Shown here one piece after another: positions 56,203 through 64,000 of a stretch of DNA of 64,000 nucleotides. This stretch comes from an uncultured candidate division Zixibacteria bacterium (GTDB lineage: Bacteria > Zixibacteria > MSB-5A5 > GN15 > FEB-12). The stretch is taken from positions 3,744,001-3,808,000 of the forward strand of contig OY760907.1 in the NCBI GenBank assembly GCA_963664195.1, written 5' to 3'. The notes below the pieces were generated by a model, which was not told the origin of the DNA, did not search any database, and saw only the letters and a program-made list of their open reading frames with translations. Both the position numbers and the translations under genes were made by a program. Every line of letters begins with the position of its first letter. Positions within the stretch are counted from its first letter, which is position 1.

Positions 56203-56529
56203 CTACATAGGCATGCGTATTACTTCGTTATATGCAGCCAGCAATTTGTTGCGTATCTCCAGCAGCAGATCCATGCTGATACCGGCTTCTTCCGCTTTAA
56301 TCATCACCTCGTGCAATTCGACAGGTTCACCGGCGAGAAAGGCCTTCTGGGCTTCCGCAGATTCCTTCTGCAGGCCGTTTACCGACTCGATCATGTTTGA
56401 AACCACATCGGAGAACTTGGGTTGATCAGAGGCTGCCTGTCCCGCCGGTTTGGTGGAGGTTGTCCCCTGCGGTTCAATCAGTCCGGGAATCAGCCGTTGT
56501 GTATTGAGCACAGAGCCTGCCACGATCAC
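56203..56529 (-). CDS. fliE: Hook-basal body protein FliE
   Basis: LHEVMI...EIRNKLLAAYNEVIRMPM. Confidence 0.95.
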   Translation of the reverse strand: MIVAGSVLNTQRLIPGLIEPQGTTSTKPAGQAASDQPKFSDVVSNMIESVNGLQKESAEAQKAFLAGEPVELHEVMIKAEEAGISMDLLLEIRNKLLAAYNEVIRMPM

Positions 56530-56873
56530 ACCCTCACGTCGACCAGTCGTCCGACTGCCTGTTCGGCACTGTCGTTCTCTGCTTCGCTCTGGAAACCGGG
56601 GCCGAAACGACCGGAGTCCTTGAACTTTGCGAACAACAGGTCAAGCGCCTGACGCTCTTCGGTTGAGAGATACTGGTCATAGCTGCCCTTGGGTGCTTTC
56701 ACCGCCAGGGCCGGTTTTTGCACCGTGTTCTGCGGCTCGATAACCACCTTGTTGTTGGCGGCCTGGCTTGACTTGTCCTGCGCCTGGGCAATGCCAGATC
56801 GATCCTGACGATTCACGTTCTGATTCGTCAGATTCTGGTAGGATTGTATTCCTGCCGGGTTGACTTTCATCAC
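56526..56873 (-). CDS. Hypothetical protein between flgC and fliE
   Basis: GAGGAG RBS; stop overlaps the fliE start (GTGA); Q/N-rich N-terminus; ends GRLVDVRV. Confidence 0.75.
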   Translation of the reverse strand: MMKVNPAGIQSYQNLTNQNVNRQDRSGIAQAQDKSSQAANNKVVIEPQNTVQKPALAVKAPKGSYDQYLSTEERQALDLLFAKFKDSGRFGPGFQSEAENDSAEQAVGRLVDVRV

Positions 56874-56890
56874 TTACTCCTCACCTGTTC

Positions 56891-57388
56891 CTATATCTCG
56901 AGTGCTTTTTCTGCCATGCTTTTCGCCGAGGATATCACCGTGGTGTTGGCCTCATAGGCGCGCGAGGCGGTCATCAGGTCGACCATCTCGTTCATAATTT
57001 CGACATTCGGCATCTCCACATACCCGTCTTCGTTGGCGTCGGGATGTTCCGGGTCGTAAATCAGCTTGGGTTCGGCGTTGGGGTCTACGACTTCCTTGTG
57101 ACTTACAGCTGACACAATTGACCTCTCGCCTGTCCTGACCGTTCCGCCAGAGCGATGACCCGAGTTCGTCCGCGATAGTCTCGTGTTAGCATTTGAGAGC
57201 GCCGAAGAAAACGTAGTGCTGCTGTTCTTGTCCTCACTGAAAACGACCTGTTTGCGACGGTAGGGTCCGCCTTCGGGTGTCTCGACCGTTTCGGCGTTGG
57301 CCATATTCTGTGCGATAACGTTCATTTTCGCACGCTGGGCTGAAAGACCCTGCGACGAGATTCCAATTGCGTTAATTATGCCACCCAT
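56891..57388 (-). CDS. flgC: Rod protein FlgC
   Basis: NMANAET...PYRRK, YDPEHPDA...GYVEMPNV, RAYEAN. Confidence 0.97.
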   Translation of the reverse strand: MGGIINAIGISSQGLSAQRAKMNVIAQNMANAETVETPEGGPYRRKQVVFSEDKNSSTTFSSALSNANTRLSRTNSGHRSGGTVRTGERSIVSAVSHKEVVDPNAEPKLIYDPEHPDANEDGYVEMPNVEIMNEMVDLMTASRAYEANTTVISSAKSMAEKALEI

Positions 57389-57399
57389 AAGCCTCTATC

Positions 57400-57813
57400 C
57401 TATTTGCTCGTTATCGCTTTTCTCAGCCCGGTGAACTTCTTCTCAAGCAGCCGCGCCGCAATCGTATACATCAACTCGTTTTCTGCCATCTTGGGGACTT
57501 CGCGATCAATATCAACCGAGTTGACATCCCCGCTGGCTACCCGCGAGCGCTCAACCTTGGGAGCGCGAGCCGCGTGATGTCCGGTAGGAATGTGGGCCGG
57601 GTTGGTAACGGTTCCGGCGAGGCCATTGCTCTTCCCGAAGGCCTTGGACAGCTCACCCTTGAAGTCAACGTCGCAAGCCTCATACCCTGGAGTAGAGACG
57701 TTAGCCACATTGCTCGATATCAGTTTGTGCCGCAGGCTGGTGAGATCAAGAAACCTCTTGCTGTCGGCGACACCGATCTTATTGAACAGATATCCGCTTA
57801 GCTTGTTATCCAT
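57400..57813 (-). CDS. flgB: Rod protein FlgB
   Basis: SSNVANVSTPGY, NSVDIDRE. Start moved to MDNKL. Confidence 0.95.
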   Translation of the reverse strand: MDNKLSGYLFNKIGVADSKRFLDLTSLRHKLISSNVANVSTPGYEACDVDFKGELSKAFGKSNGLAGTVTNPAHIPTGHHAARAPKVERSRVASGDVNSVDIDREVPKMAENELMYTIAARLLEKKFTGLRKAITSK

Positions 57814-57852
57814 CACTTCTTGTCCCAATTACAGTTCATCAAGCGTTGCATA

Positions 57853-57869
57853 AGCAAGGATAATGCCAA
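57853..57869 (-). promoter_or_regulatory. sigma54 promoter of flgBC-fliEFGHIJ
   Basis: TTGGCATTATCCTTGCT (GG-N10-GC). Confidence 0.85.
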
Positions 57870-57959
57870 ACTGTCAGAGGCGTGGGCTATACGACTGTCA
57901 ACAAATGACTTATGGCCGCCGACGGCTATCTGCCGGCGTACGCGATTGACCGCTGGTCC

Positions 57960-57994
57960 GGAAACGATTTCCGGGACACAGGGAAAAAACTACT
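57960..57994. promoter_or_regulatory. Tandem putative enhancer boxes for the flgB sigma54 promoter
   Basis: GGAAACGATTTCC and GGAAAAAACTACT, 22 bp apart; first box 93 bp from the -24 GG. Confidence 0.6.
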
Positions 57995-58730
57995 GCTCGG
58001 AGTAGTACAGTTGAGAGGTCGGTTCGGTCAGCGTAACCTCCATCGTGAGGATCACTACGTCCACACGCCGGTTACGTGCCCGGTTTTCCGGGGAGTTGTT
58101 GGCCGCGATAGGCCGGAACTCACCGTAGCCGAGCGCCGAAATCCGGTCCGGCGGTATAGCGTGGTTTTCAGCATAGTACCGCACAACCGTCGTGGCACGA
58201 GCCGATGACAGCTCCCAGTTCGACGGATAGACATTGGTCTGGATCGGGTAGTCGTCGGTGTGCCCCTCGACCCGAATATGATTCGGACGTCCCTGCAACT
58301 GGTCGCCGATCAGATCGAGCACTTCCATAGCTCGCGGTTTTAGCGCAGCCGAGCCACGGTCAAAAAGGGCCGACTCAAGGATATGAACAACCAGGCCGCG
58401 TTCGGTGATTTCGGTTTGAAGCTCTTCCTGTTTGCCAAGCTGCTTGAAACGTTCTTCGATACGCACCTGGACCATGCGCAGATTGCCGAGTTTCAGAAGC
58501 CCGTGGCCGTTTTTGATCGGTTCAAGCTGGTATCTGAGAATCGACTCGCCGCCGCGAAGGACCGTGTTCAGGGCATCGGAGACTTTGCCGAATTTCTTAT
58601 TGTCAACCTGCGACATGGAATACATGACAACGAAAAACGCCAAGAGGAGCGTGATGAGGTCTGAGTAAGTAAGGAGCCAGCGCTCGAGATTTTCCGGCGC
58701 TTCGTTTTTGCTGTTGCGTCGACTGACCAT
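57990..58730 (-). CDS. motB: Flagellar stator MotB
   Basis: WLLTYSDLITLLLAFFV, VEGHTD, NWELSSARA, NRRVD. Confidence 0.96.
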   Translation of the reverse strand: MVSRRNSKNEAPENLERWLLTYSDLITLLLAFFVVMYSMSQVDNKKFGKVSDALNTVLRGGESILRYQLEPIKNGHGLLKLGNLRMVQVRIEERFKQLGKQEELQTEITERGLVVHILESALFDRGSAALKPRAMEVLDLIGDQLQGRPNHIRVEGHTDDYPIQTNVYPSNWELSSARATTVVRYYAENHAIPPDRISALGYGEFRPIAANNSPENRARNRRVDVVILTMEVTLTEPTSQLYYSEQ

Positions 58731-58733
58731 CGA

Positions 58734-59498
58734 TCAGACCTCTTGCAAACGTTTCGAAGGCGCAACGTATGACTGCAGGCGGGTGCGGATATTGCGAGGG
58801 TTCTCGCCGGATTGGATGGCGACGACGCCCTCCATAATCAGCTCGAGATAAGCCATCTCTTCGTCGTTCTTCATGCGCAGCTTATCCGACACCGGCAGGA
58901 AGAACAGGTTTGCAAGTCCGATACCCCAGAGGGTAGCAATAAAGGCGGCTGCGATAGCGCCGGCCATTTTCGAGGCATCAGAGGTATTCCCCAGCGCATG
59001 AATCAGCCCCAGCACGGTACCGATGATACCGAGAGTCGGTGCAAAGCCACCGGCCTTCTGAAAGAAGATAATGCCCCGTTTGTGACGTTCCTCAACGTAA
59101 GCGATCTCAGTTTCGAGAATCTCCCTGAGAACCGTCACCTCTGTGCCGTCTATTAATAGCTGGACCGCTTTTTTGAAGAACGGCATTTTGACTTTCTTGA
59201 GGTCTTTCTCCAAACCGAGTATTCCCTCACGACGAGCCTTCTCGGCAAGGTGAACGATGTCCTCAATCTCGTGGCGGAAATCGTGACGACGATTCGCAAA
59301 CGCCGTGAGCAGATAGTGCGGTACTCCCATGACCGTCTCTACCGAAGTAGTAATCATGGTAGCTCCCAGCGTTCCCCCGATCACAATCAGCATCGGCGCA
59401 AAAAGAAAGACCGATTCCAACTCGCCGCCCTCCAGGACGAACGCCCCGGTTACGGCACCGATTGCCAGAATCAAGCCGAATATCGTCGCTAAGTCCAT
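58734..59498 (-). CDS. motA: Flagellar stator MotA
   Basis: IVIGGT, ARREGILGLE, APTLGIIGTVLGLI, GENP. Confidence 0.96.
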   Translation of the reverse strand: MDLATIFGLILAIGAVTGAFVLEGGELESVFLFAPMLIVIGGTLGATMITTSVETVMGVPHYLLTAFANRRHDFRHEIEDIVHLAEKARREGILGLEKDLKKVKMPFFKKAVQLLIDGTEVTVLREILETEIAYVEERHKRGIIFFQKAGGFAPTLGIIGTVLGLIHALGNTSDASKMAGAIAAAFIATLWGIGLANLFFLPVSDKLRMKNDEEMAYLELIMEGVVAIQSGENPRNIRTRLQSYVAPSKRLQEV

Positions 59499-59571
59499 CT
59501 ACATCCGAACCGTTTTGGAGTAAATATCTCATCTGGCCAGACTGCCAAAGCAGACCAACCCGTCAGTGATG

Positions 59572-59599
59572 TTATCGGCAGATGTACGCAGGGAGTGAA
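59572..59599 (-). promoter_or_regulatory. sigma28 promoter of motAB
   Basis: Perfect -10 GCCGATAA with weak -35 TTCA at N16. Confidence 0.6.
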
Positions 59600-59655
59600 G
59601 TATTATTGAACAATTCGGTCGTGTAATCACACACGACCGGGACGTAGATGTCACG

Positions 59656-61002
59656 CTATTCCTGCAATTGGTACTCGGCCAACTTGTTACGGATTGTTCT
59701 GGCGGACACGCCAAGAGCCTCCGCAGCACGGGTTTTGTTGCCGTTGTACTTTTCCAGGGTTTTGAGAATCAGATACTTGTTGCCCTCTTCAAGCTTCATC
59801 GGCACGCTCAGTCCTCCGGCCGCCGAGGCGACATCGCCGACCGCCAATTCAACCGGGAAGTCGTTGTCGGATAGCACATCCGAGCGCGAGGTTACTACCG
59901 CCCGCTCGATCATGTTTTCCAACTCGCGCACATTCCCCGGCCAGTTGTATTTCATGAGCATTCTGAGAGCCTGCTGGCTGACGCCCTGGACAGCTTTGCC
60001 GTTCTCTTCGTTGTACTTCGAGATGAAATGATCCACCAACAAAGGAACATCCTCGCTCCGTTCGGAGAGCGTCGGGAGATGAATCGGAATGACATTCAAT
60101 CTATAGTACAGATCCTCACGGAACTTACCCTGGGCGATATATTCTTTGAGATTACGGTTCGAGGTCGCAACCACACGGACATCGACACCTATTGTCTGGC
60201 TTGAGCCAACCCGCTCGAACTCTCGTTCCTGGATGACACGAAGGAGCTTCGATTGCAGGTTAATCGGCATCTCCGAAATCTCATCCAGCAACAGGGTCCC
60301 GTCGTGCGCAAGCTCGAATCGGCCGCGATGAGTCTTCTTGGCATCGGTGAAAGCACCCTTTTCATAGCCAAACAGCTCCGCTTCCACCAGTGTCTCCGGC
60401 AATGCCGCGCAGTTGAGCTTGACAAACGGTCCTTCCCGCCGGTTGGAGCAGTAATGAATCGCGCGGGCGACCATTTCTTTGCCCGAGCCTGAGGAGCCGG
60501 TAATCATAATGGTAGAACGAGCCTTGGCGACCGATTGAATCAGGTCAAAGATCTCTTTCATTATCTTCGACTTGCCTATCATGTTCTGGAATTTGTGCTC
60601 GAGGTCTTTTCTGAGCAGGGCATTCTCCGCCCTGAGACCGATCATTTCCGTCACCCGATTGAGTACATGCTCGACCGTATCCGGCGTCACCGGCTTGAGC
60701 AGGAAATCGTGAGCACCCTTCTTGATGGCGCTGACCGCCTTTTCAACAGTGCCGTAGGCGGTCATAATGACTACCGCAGTCTCCGGTGATATCCGTTTGA
60801 TATTCTCAAGGAGCGTGATGCCGTCCATTTCCGGCATTTTCAGATCGCTCAAGACGATGTCAAAGGTTCGGCTCTTGAATTGTTGAAGGGCTTCCTCGCC
60901 GGAAAACGCCACGGTAGTATCGAACCCGGCCCGGCTGACTGCCTCGTTTACATATTCATTAACGTACTTGTCATCATCAACAACCAGAACAGAATACTTC
61001 AT
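59656..61002 (-). CDS. sigma54-dependent response regulator (REC-AAA+-HTH; FleR/FlrC-like)
   Basis: SDLKMP, GSSGSGKE, ELFGYEKGAFTDA, LDEI, WPGNVREL, Fis-type HTH. Confidence 0.93.
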   Translation of the reverse strand: MKYSVLVVDDDKYVNEYVNEAVSRAGFDTTVAFSGEEALQQFKSRTFDIVLSDLKMPEMDGITLLENIKRISPETAVVIMTAYGTVEKAVSAIKKGAHDFLLKPVTPDTVEHVLNRVTEMIGLRAENALLRKDLEHKFQNMIGKSKIMKEIFDLIQSVAKARSTIMITGSSGSGKEMVARAIHYCSNRREGPFVKLNCAALPETLVEAELFGYEKGAFTDAKKTHRGRFELAHDGTLLLDEISEMPINLQSKLLRVIQEREFERVGSSQTIGVDVRVVATSNRNLKEYIAQGKFREDLYYRLNVIPIHLPTLSERSEDVPLLVDHFISKYNEENGKAVQGVSQQALRMLMKYNWPGNVRELENMIERAVVTSRSDVLSDNDFPVELAVGDVASAAGGLSVPMKLEEGNKYLILKTLEKYNGNKTRAAEALGVSARTIRNKLAEYQLQE

Positions 61003-62372
61003 CAGTTGGTCTCCATACCAGATACAGCTGTCGTTTCCAATTCCTCGACTTGTCCAATCTTCACCGGCAACAGCAACGCAAACTGTGCCCCACCCGAGGA
61101 AGACCGTTCGGCGATAATCTCTCCCCCGTGCGCCTTCATAATCTTCCAGCCAACTGCAAGTCCAAGCCCATTCCCGCCGTTCTTAGTCGTGAAGAACGGA
61201 GCAAATATCTGCGCCAACGTCTCGTCGTCGATCCCGGGACCAGAATCGGTGACACGCAGCTCAAAGACAGTTTCGTCAAGCCCGAGAAGCAATCGGTCGC
61301 CGTATTTCTCGGTGGCCCGCTGTCTTGGCAGCTTGCGATACACCATACTTATCCGGCCCTCGGTGCAACAGGCTTCGCAGGCGTTGGTGAACAGGTTAAA
61401 CAACACCTCACGATACAGCACAGGGTCAATCCATACACTTATCGGGGCGGCTTCAGGCCGATCCGGTGCCTGGATATGGAAATCCATAGCCTCGGCCAGA
61501 TCGACATTATCCCTCTTGAAATGTTGTACGACGTTGTATATGTAGTCGTCGAAGACTACTTGCTCGCGGTTGACTTCTTCGTTTTTGGTGTAATCGAGCA
61601 GTGTGGTAACGGTTCGGTTCAGTGTCTCAACGCCATCGGTGATCTTCGACACCAGCTTCTGGCAGGGGTCGTCACCAGGAATGTCGCGTTTCAGCAACGA
61701 TCCGTAGCCGAGAATTCCTGACAGCGGGTTCCGCACCTGATGAGCGACCTGGGCAGCCATCTCCCCCAAAGCAGCCAACGTATTGAGGCGGGCGATTTCC
61801 TGCTCCATCTTCTTGGTCTTTGTGAGATCGTAAAAGACCTCCACCGCACCGTTCGCGCGACCGTTCTTGTCCTTGAGAATCGCTGTGGAAACGGAGACCA
61901 CAAGACGGGTGCCATCCGGCAACTCCAGCACTTTCTCAATATCGGCAACAGACCTGCCTGTCTCGGCTGCGCGCAGCGCATTGGCATCGAACCGATCTCC
62001 CGGCGGGATGACGTCACGGTACGGTTTTCCCAGCGGGTCACGCAAAGGGATCCCGAGCATCAGCGACGCGGCCGGATTGAAGGAGGTCACATGGCCATCC
62101 TGGTCGACCGCTATCACCCCGGCTGATATGGAGTTAAGGATATTATCGAGGAACTCGGTAGCGGCCAGATTCCGCGAAGTCATCTCGATCAGTCTGCGAT
62201 TGGTTTCGACCAGTTTGTCGTTCTGGGCAGAAAACTCATCCTTGAGCTCGATATACTTACGCTGCAGCGTGTTGATTACACGATTAAACGAAGCATACGA
62301 ATCCGCGAACTGGGAGATGTCTTCTGTCGGGGTTGCTGTCGCTTGTATCAGTACGTCCTGTCGGTCACCCAT
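61002..62372 (-). CDS. Cytoplasmic PAS histidine kinase (FleS/FlrB-like)
   Basis: N-terminal coiled coil, PAS (FNPAA), H-box AHQVRNPL, DSGPG, PFFTTK, GLGL; no TM. Confidence 0.9.
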   Translation of the reverse strand: MGDRQDVLIQATATPTEDISQFADSYASFNRVINTLQRKYIELKDEFSAQNDKLVETNRRLIEMTSRNLAATEFLDNILNSISAGVIAVDQDGHVTSFNPAASLMLGIPLRDPLGKPYRDVIPPGDRFDANALRAAETGRSVADIEKVLELPDGTRLVVSVSTAILKDKNGRANGAVEVFYDLTKTKKMEQEIARLNTLAALGEMAAQVAHQVRNPLSGILGYGSLLKRDIPGDDPCQKLVSKITDGVETLNRTVTTLLDYTKNEEVNREQVVFDDYIYNVVQHFKRDNVDLAEAMDFHIQAPDRPEAAPISVWIDPVLYREVLFNLFTNACEACCTEGRISMVYRKLPRQRATEKYGDRLLLGLDETVFELRVTDSGPGIDDETLAQIFAPFFTTKNGGNGLGLAVGWKIMKAHGGEIIAERSSSGGAQFALLLPVKIGQVEELETTAVSGMETN

Positions 62373-62439
62373 AGCCTATCCTTTTTCTGTGTGCTCTAGA
62401 AAAAAGGACCAGCGGGGGATTTCTTCAACAAAAACTTAG

Positions 62440-63561
62440 CTAAAAATAGCTGGTGATCTCTTCGACGATATGATCTATCGGGGCGACATGATCGACTATC
62501 TTTGCCTCAATGACCGCCCGAGGCATACCGTAAACTACGCAGGAGGCCTCGTCTTGAGCAATCAGAATACCGCCCTTGGAGCGTATGTTCCTTGAACCGA
62601 CAAGACCGTTGGACCCCATGCCGGTGAGCATGACCCCCATGGTGCTCTTGCCGTAGGCTTCCGCGACAGAATTCATGGTCACGTCAACACAGGGCTTGTA
62701 CAGTGTGGTCGAAGGTTCTTCGGAGATGATGACTCTCGCCCGTCCACCTACACGGCGAACAGTGATATGCTTGCCGCCCGGCGCAATGAGCACCAGACCC
62801 GGCTCGATCTGATCACCGTCAACCGCCTCGCGAACCGCAACTTTGGACAGACCGTCCAGCCTGGTCGCCAGCGACTTGGTGAACATCGGAGGCATGTGCT
62901 GCGCGATTACAACTCCAACCGGAAGATTCCTCGGCAAATTCGGTATCACTGCCTGAAGAGCCGGGGGACCACCCGTTGAGGAACCGATCGCGATTATCTC
63001 GATCTTGTGATGTCGGCGGCCGGGATGAGCATAATCTGTCGCCGCCTCGATCACGGGCTTCACCTGCCTGGCCGCAGCCTCGCTGCCACCCTTTGCGGCA
63101 TCACGGAACGACCGCCTGGTGCGGTACTGGGCCATAAGGATGTGCTTGCGGCTGACGATATGCTTGATCTTGGCAAGCAGGTCTTCCTTGATCTTGACGA
63201 TATCGAGTGACACGTATGACATCTGCTTGGGGATGAAATCCACGGCACCGAGTTCGAGCGCCTCAAGAGTGGCCTCGGCACCATCAGTCGTGATGGAAGA
63301 CACCATCATCACCGGCACCGGATTGGTAGACATGATCTGCCGAAGTGCGGTCAGTCCGTCCATCCGCGGCATTTCGACGTCCATCGTCACCAGATCCGGT
63401 TTGAGCTGCTTGGCTTTCGCAACTCCCTCTTCGCCGTTCCGGGCAGAGCCGATGACTTTGACATTCGGATCCGACTCCAGCATCATCGTCAGGGCCTTGC
63501 GCATGAAGGCGGAGTCGTCCACCACAAGAATCCTAATCTGTTTGTCAGCAGTGTTGGTCAA
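62440..63561 (-). CDS. cheB: Chemotaxis response regulator/methylesterase CheB (catalytic Asp replaced by Asn)
   Basis: REC (VVDDS, MDVEMP); GSSTGGP, QHMP, LTGMGSNG, VVYGMP. Confidence 0.95.
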   Translation of the reverse strand: MTNTADKQIRILVVDDSAFMRKALTMMLESDPNVKVIGSARNGEEGVAKAKQLKPDLVTMDVEMPRMDGLTALRQIMSTNPVPVMMVSSITTDGAEATLEALELGAVDFIPKQMSYVSLDIVKIKEDLLAKIKHIVSRKHILMAQYRTRRSFRDAAKGGSEAAARQVKPVIEAATDYAHPGRRHHKIEIIAIGSSTGGPPALQAVIPNLPRNLPVGVVIAQHMPPMFTKSLATRLDGLSKVAVREAVDGDQIEPGLVLIAPGGKHITVRRVGGRARVIISEEPSTTLYKPCVDVTMNSVAEAYGKSTMGVMLTGMGSNGLVGSRNIRSKGGILIAQDEASCVVYGMPRAVIEAKIVDHVAPIDHIVEEITSYF

Positions 63562-63578
63562 GCGAGTACCCGTCCCGG

Positions 63579-64000
63579 CTAGAGTTTCCTTGCAATTGTG
63601 AATAGTCCCAGAAGATCGACGATCAATCTGATGCGGCCATCTCCAAGGATCGTGGCTCCGGCAACTCCCTCAGTGGACCCGAGATACTTGCCCAGAGACT
63701 TGATCACCACTTCTTCCTGTCCGAGGAAGCGGTCGATGATAATGCCCAGCTTACGGTCTGCCAATCCGACAATCACGATATACGGCTTCTCGGTCAGGAT
63801 GAATCCAGCCGAGTTATTCCTCAGCAACTCACCGATATTGATAACCGGGATTATTTCGTCGCGCAGCCGGACTACCGGTCGCTGATTAATGTACGAAATA
63901 TCCGAGGCGTCGGAACGCACGGTCTCATGCACCGATGCAAGCGGCAGCACAAAAACCTCCTCGTCCGATTCGACAAGCAGTCCCTGCACAATCGCCAGAG
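63579..64000 (-). CDS. cheA: Chemotaxis kinase CheA, C-terminal CheW-like (P5) domain; 5' part outside window
   Basis: LAIVQGLLV...PLASVHE...GQEEVVIKSLG...GATILGDG...LIVD; frame stays open to the window edge. Confidence 0.9.
   Translation of the reverse strand, partial: LAIVQGLLVESDEEVFVLPLASVHETVRSDASDISYINQRPVVRLRDEIIPVINIGELLRNNSAGFILTEKPYIVIVGLADRKLGIIIDRFLGQEEVVIKSLGKYLGSTEGVAGATILGDGRIRLIVDLLGLFTIARKL

Noticed and set aside
58610..58685. Coupling-ion assignment from the MotB transmembrane segment
   Set aside because: Val at Asp+11 suggests H+, but neighbouring residues (YSMS) resemble Na+-type stators. These rules come from Bacillus and are not reliable enough here.
60335..60360. GAFTDA instead of GAFTGA as a sign of an inactive sigma54 activator
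   Set aside because: The key Phe-Thr pair is retained, GAFTDA is a common natural variant, and matching sigma54 promoters are present nearby.

Overview
Bacterial chromosome segment from a diderm (flgH/flgI and an outer-membrane barrel gene are present). Cohesin-like proteins with T9SS/FlgD-type C-terminal domains, a PorV-like barrel and Firmicutes/Deltaproteobacteria-style FliW-CsrA suggest an FCB-group lineage such as Zixibacteria; this is inference only. Nearly all genes are on the minus strand, in three blocks. (1) 1-12.2 kb is a co-oriented envelope-signalling/exopolysaccharide cluster: large CTD-bearing secreted protein, PorV-like barrel-TPR fusion, membrane RsbW-kinase/HAMP/PP2C fusion, STAS protein, GGDEF cyclase, Wza-like exporter, TPR protein and BY-kinase. 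(2) 12.4-23.4 kb is housekeeping: tRNA-Val, thrS-infC(ATA start)-rpmI-rplT-pheST-zapB-zapA-rny-ymdB-folD. (3) 23.8-64 kb is a flagellar/chemotaxis cluster: cheA(partial)-cheB-FleS/FleR-like pair-motAB-flgBC-orf-fliEFGHIJ, an insert, flgFGAHIJNK-csrA-flgL-fliW, three TPR-glycosyltransferases, fliC-fliD-fliS-orf-flgM-HDOD. Reading the intergenic DNA shows a sigma54/sigma28 hierarchy. Two flagellar sigma54 promoters share identically spaced GGAAA-N3-TTTCC boxes, and the same box sits next to a sigma54-like promoter of the EPS/adhesin cluster. The best candidate for an undescribed system is that left cluster, read as a trans-envelope partner-switching/c-di-GMP/EPS module possibly counter-wired to the flagellar activator. 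Other oddities: a 4-nt frameshift in a sigma28-driven glycosyltransferase, a CheB with catalytic Asp->Asn, a sigma28-driven 73-aa Cys-rich protein, and a 12-GGA flagellin leader. No CRISPR array, rRNA or transposase was seen. All calls come from sequence motifs; no database searches were run.
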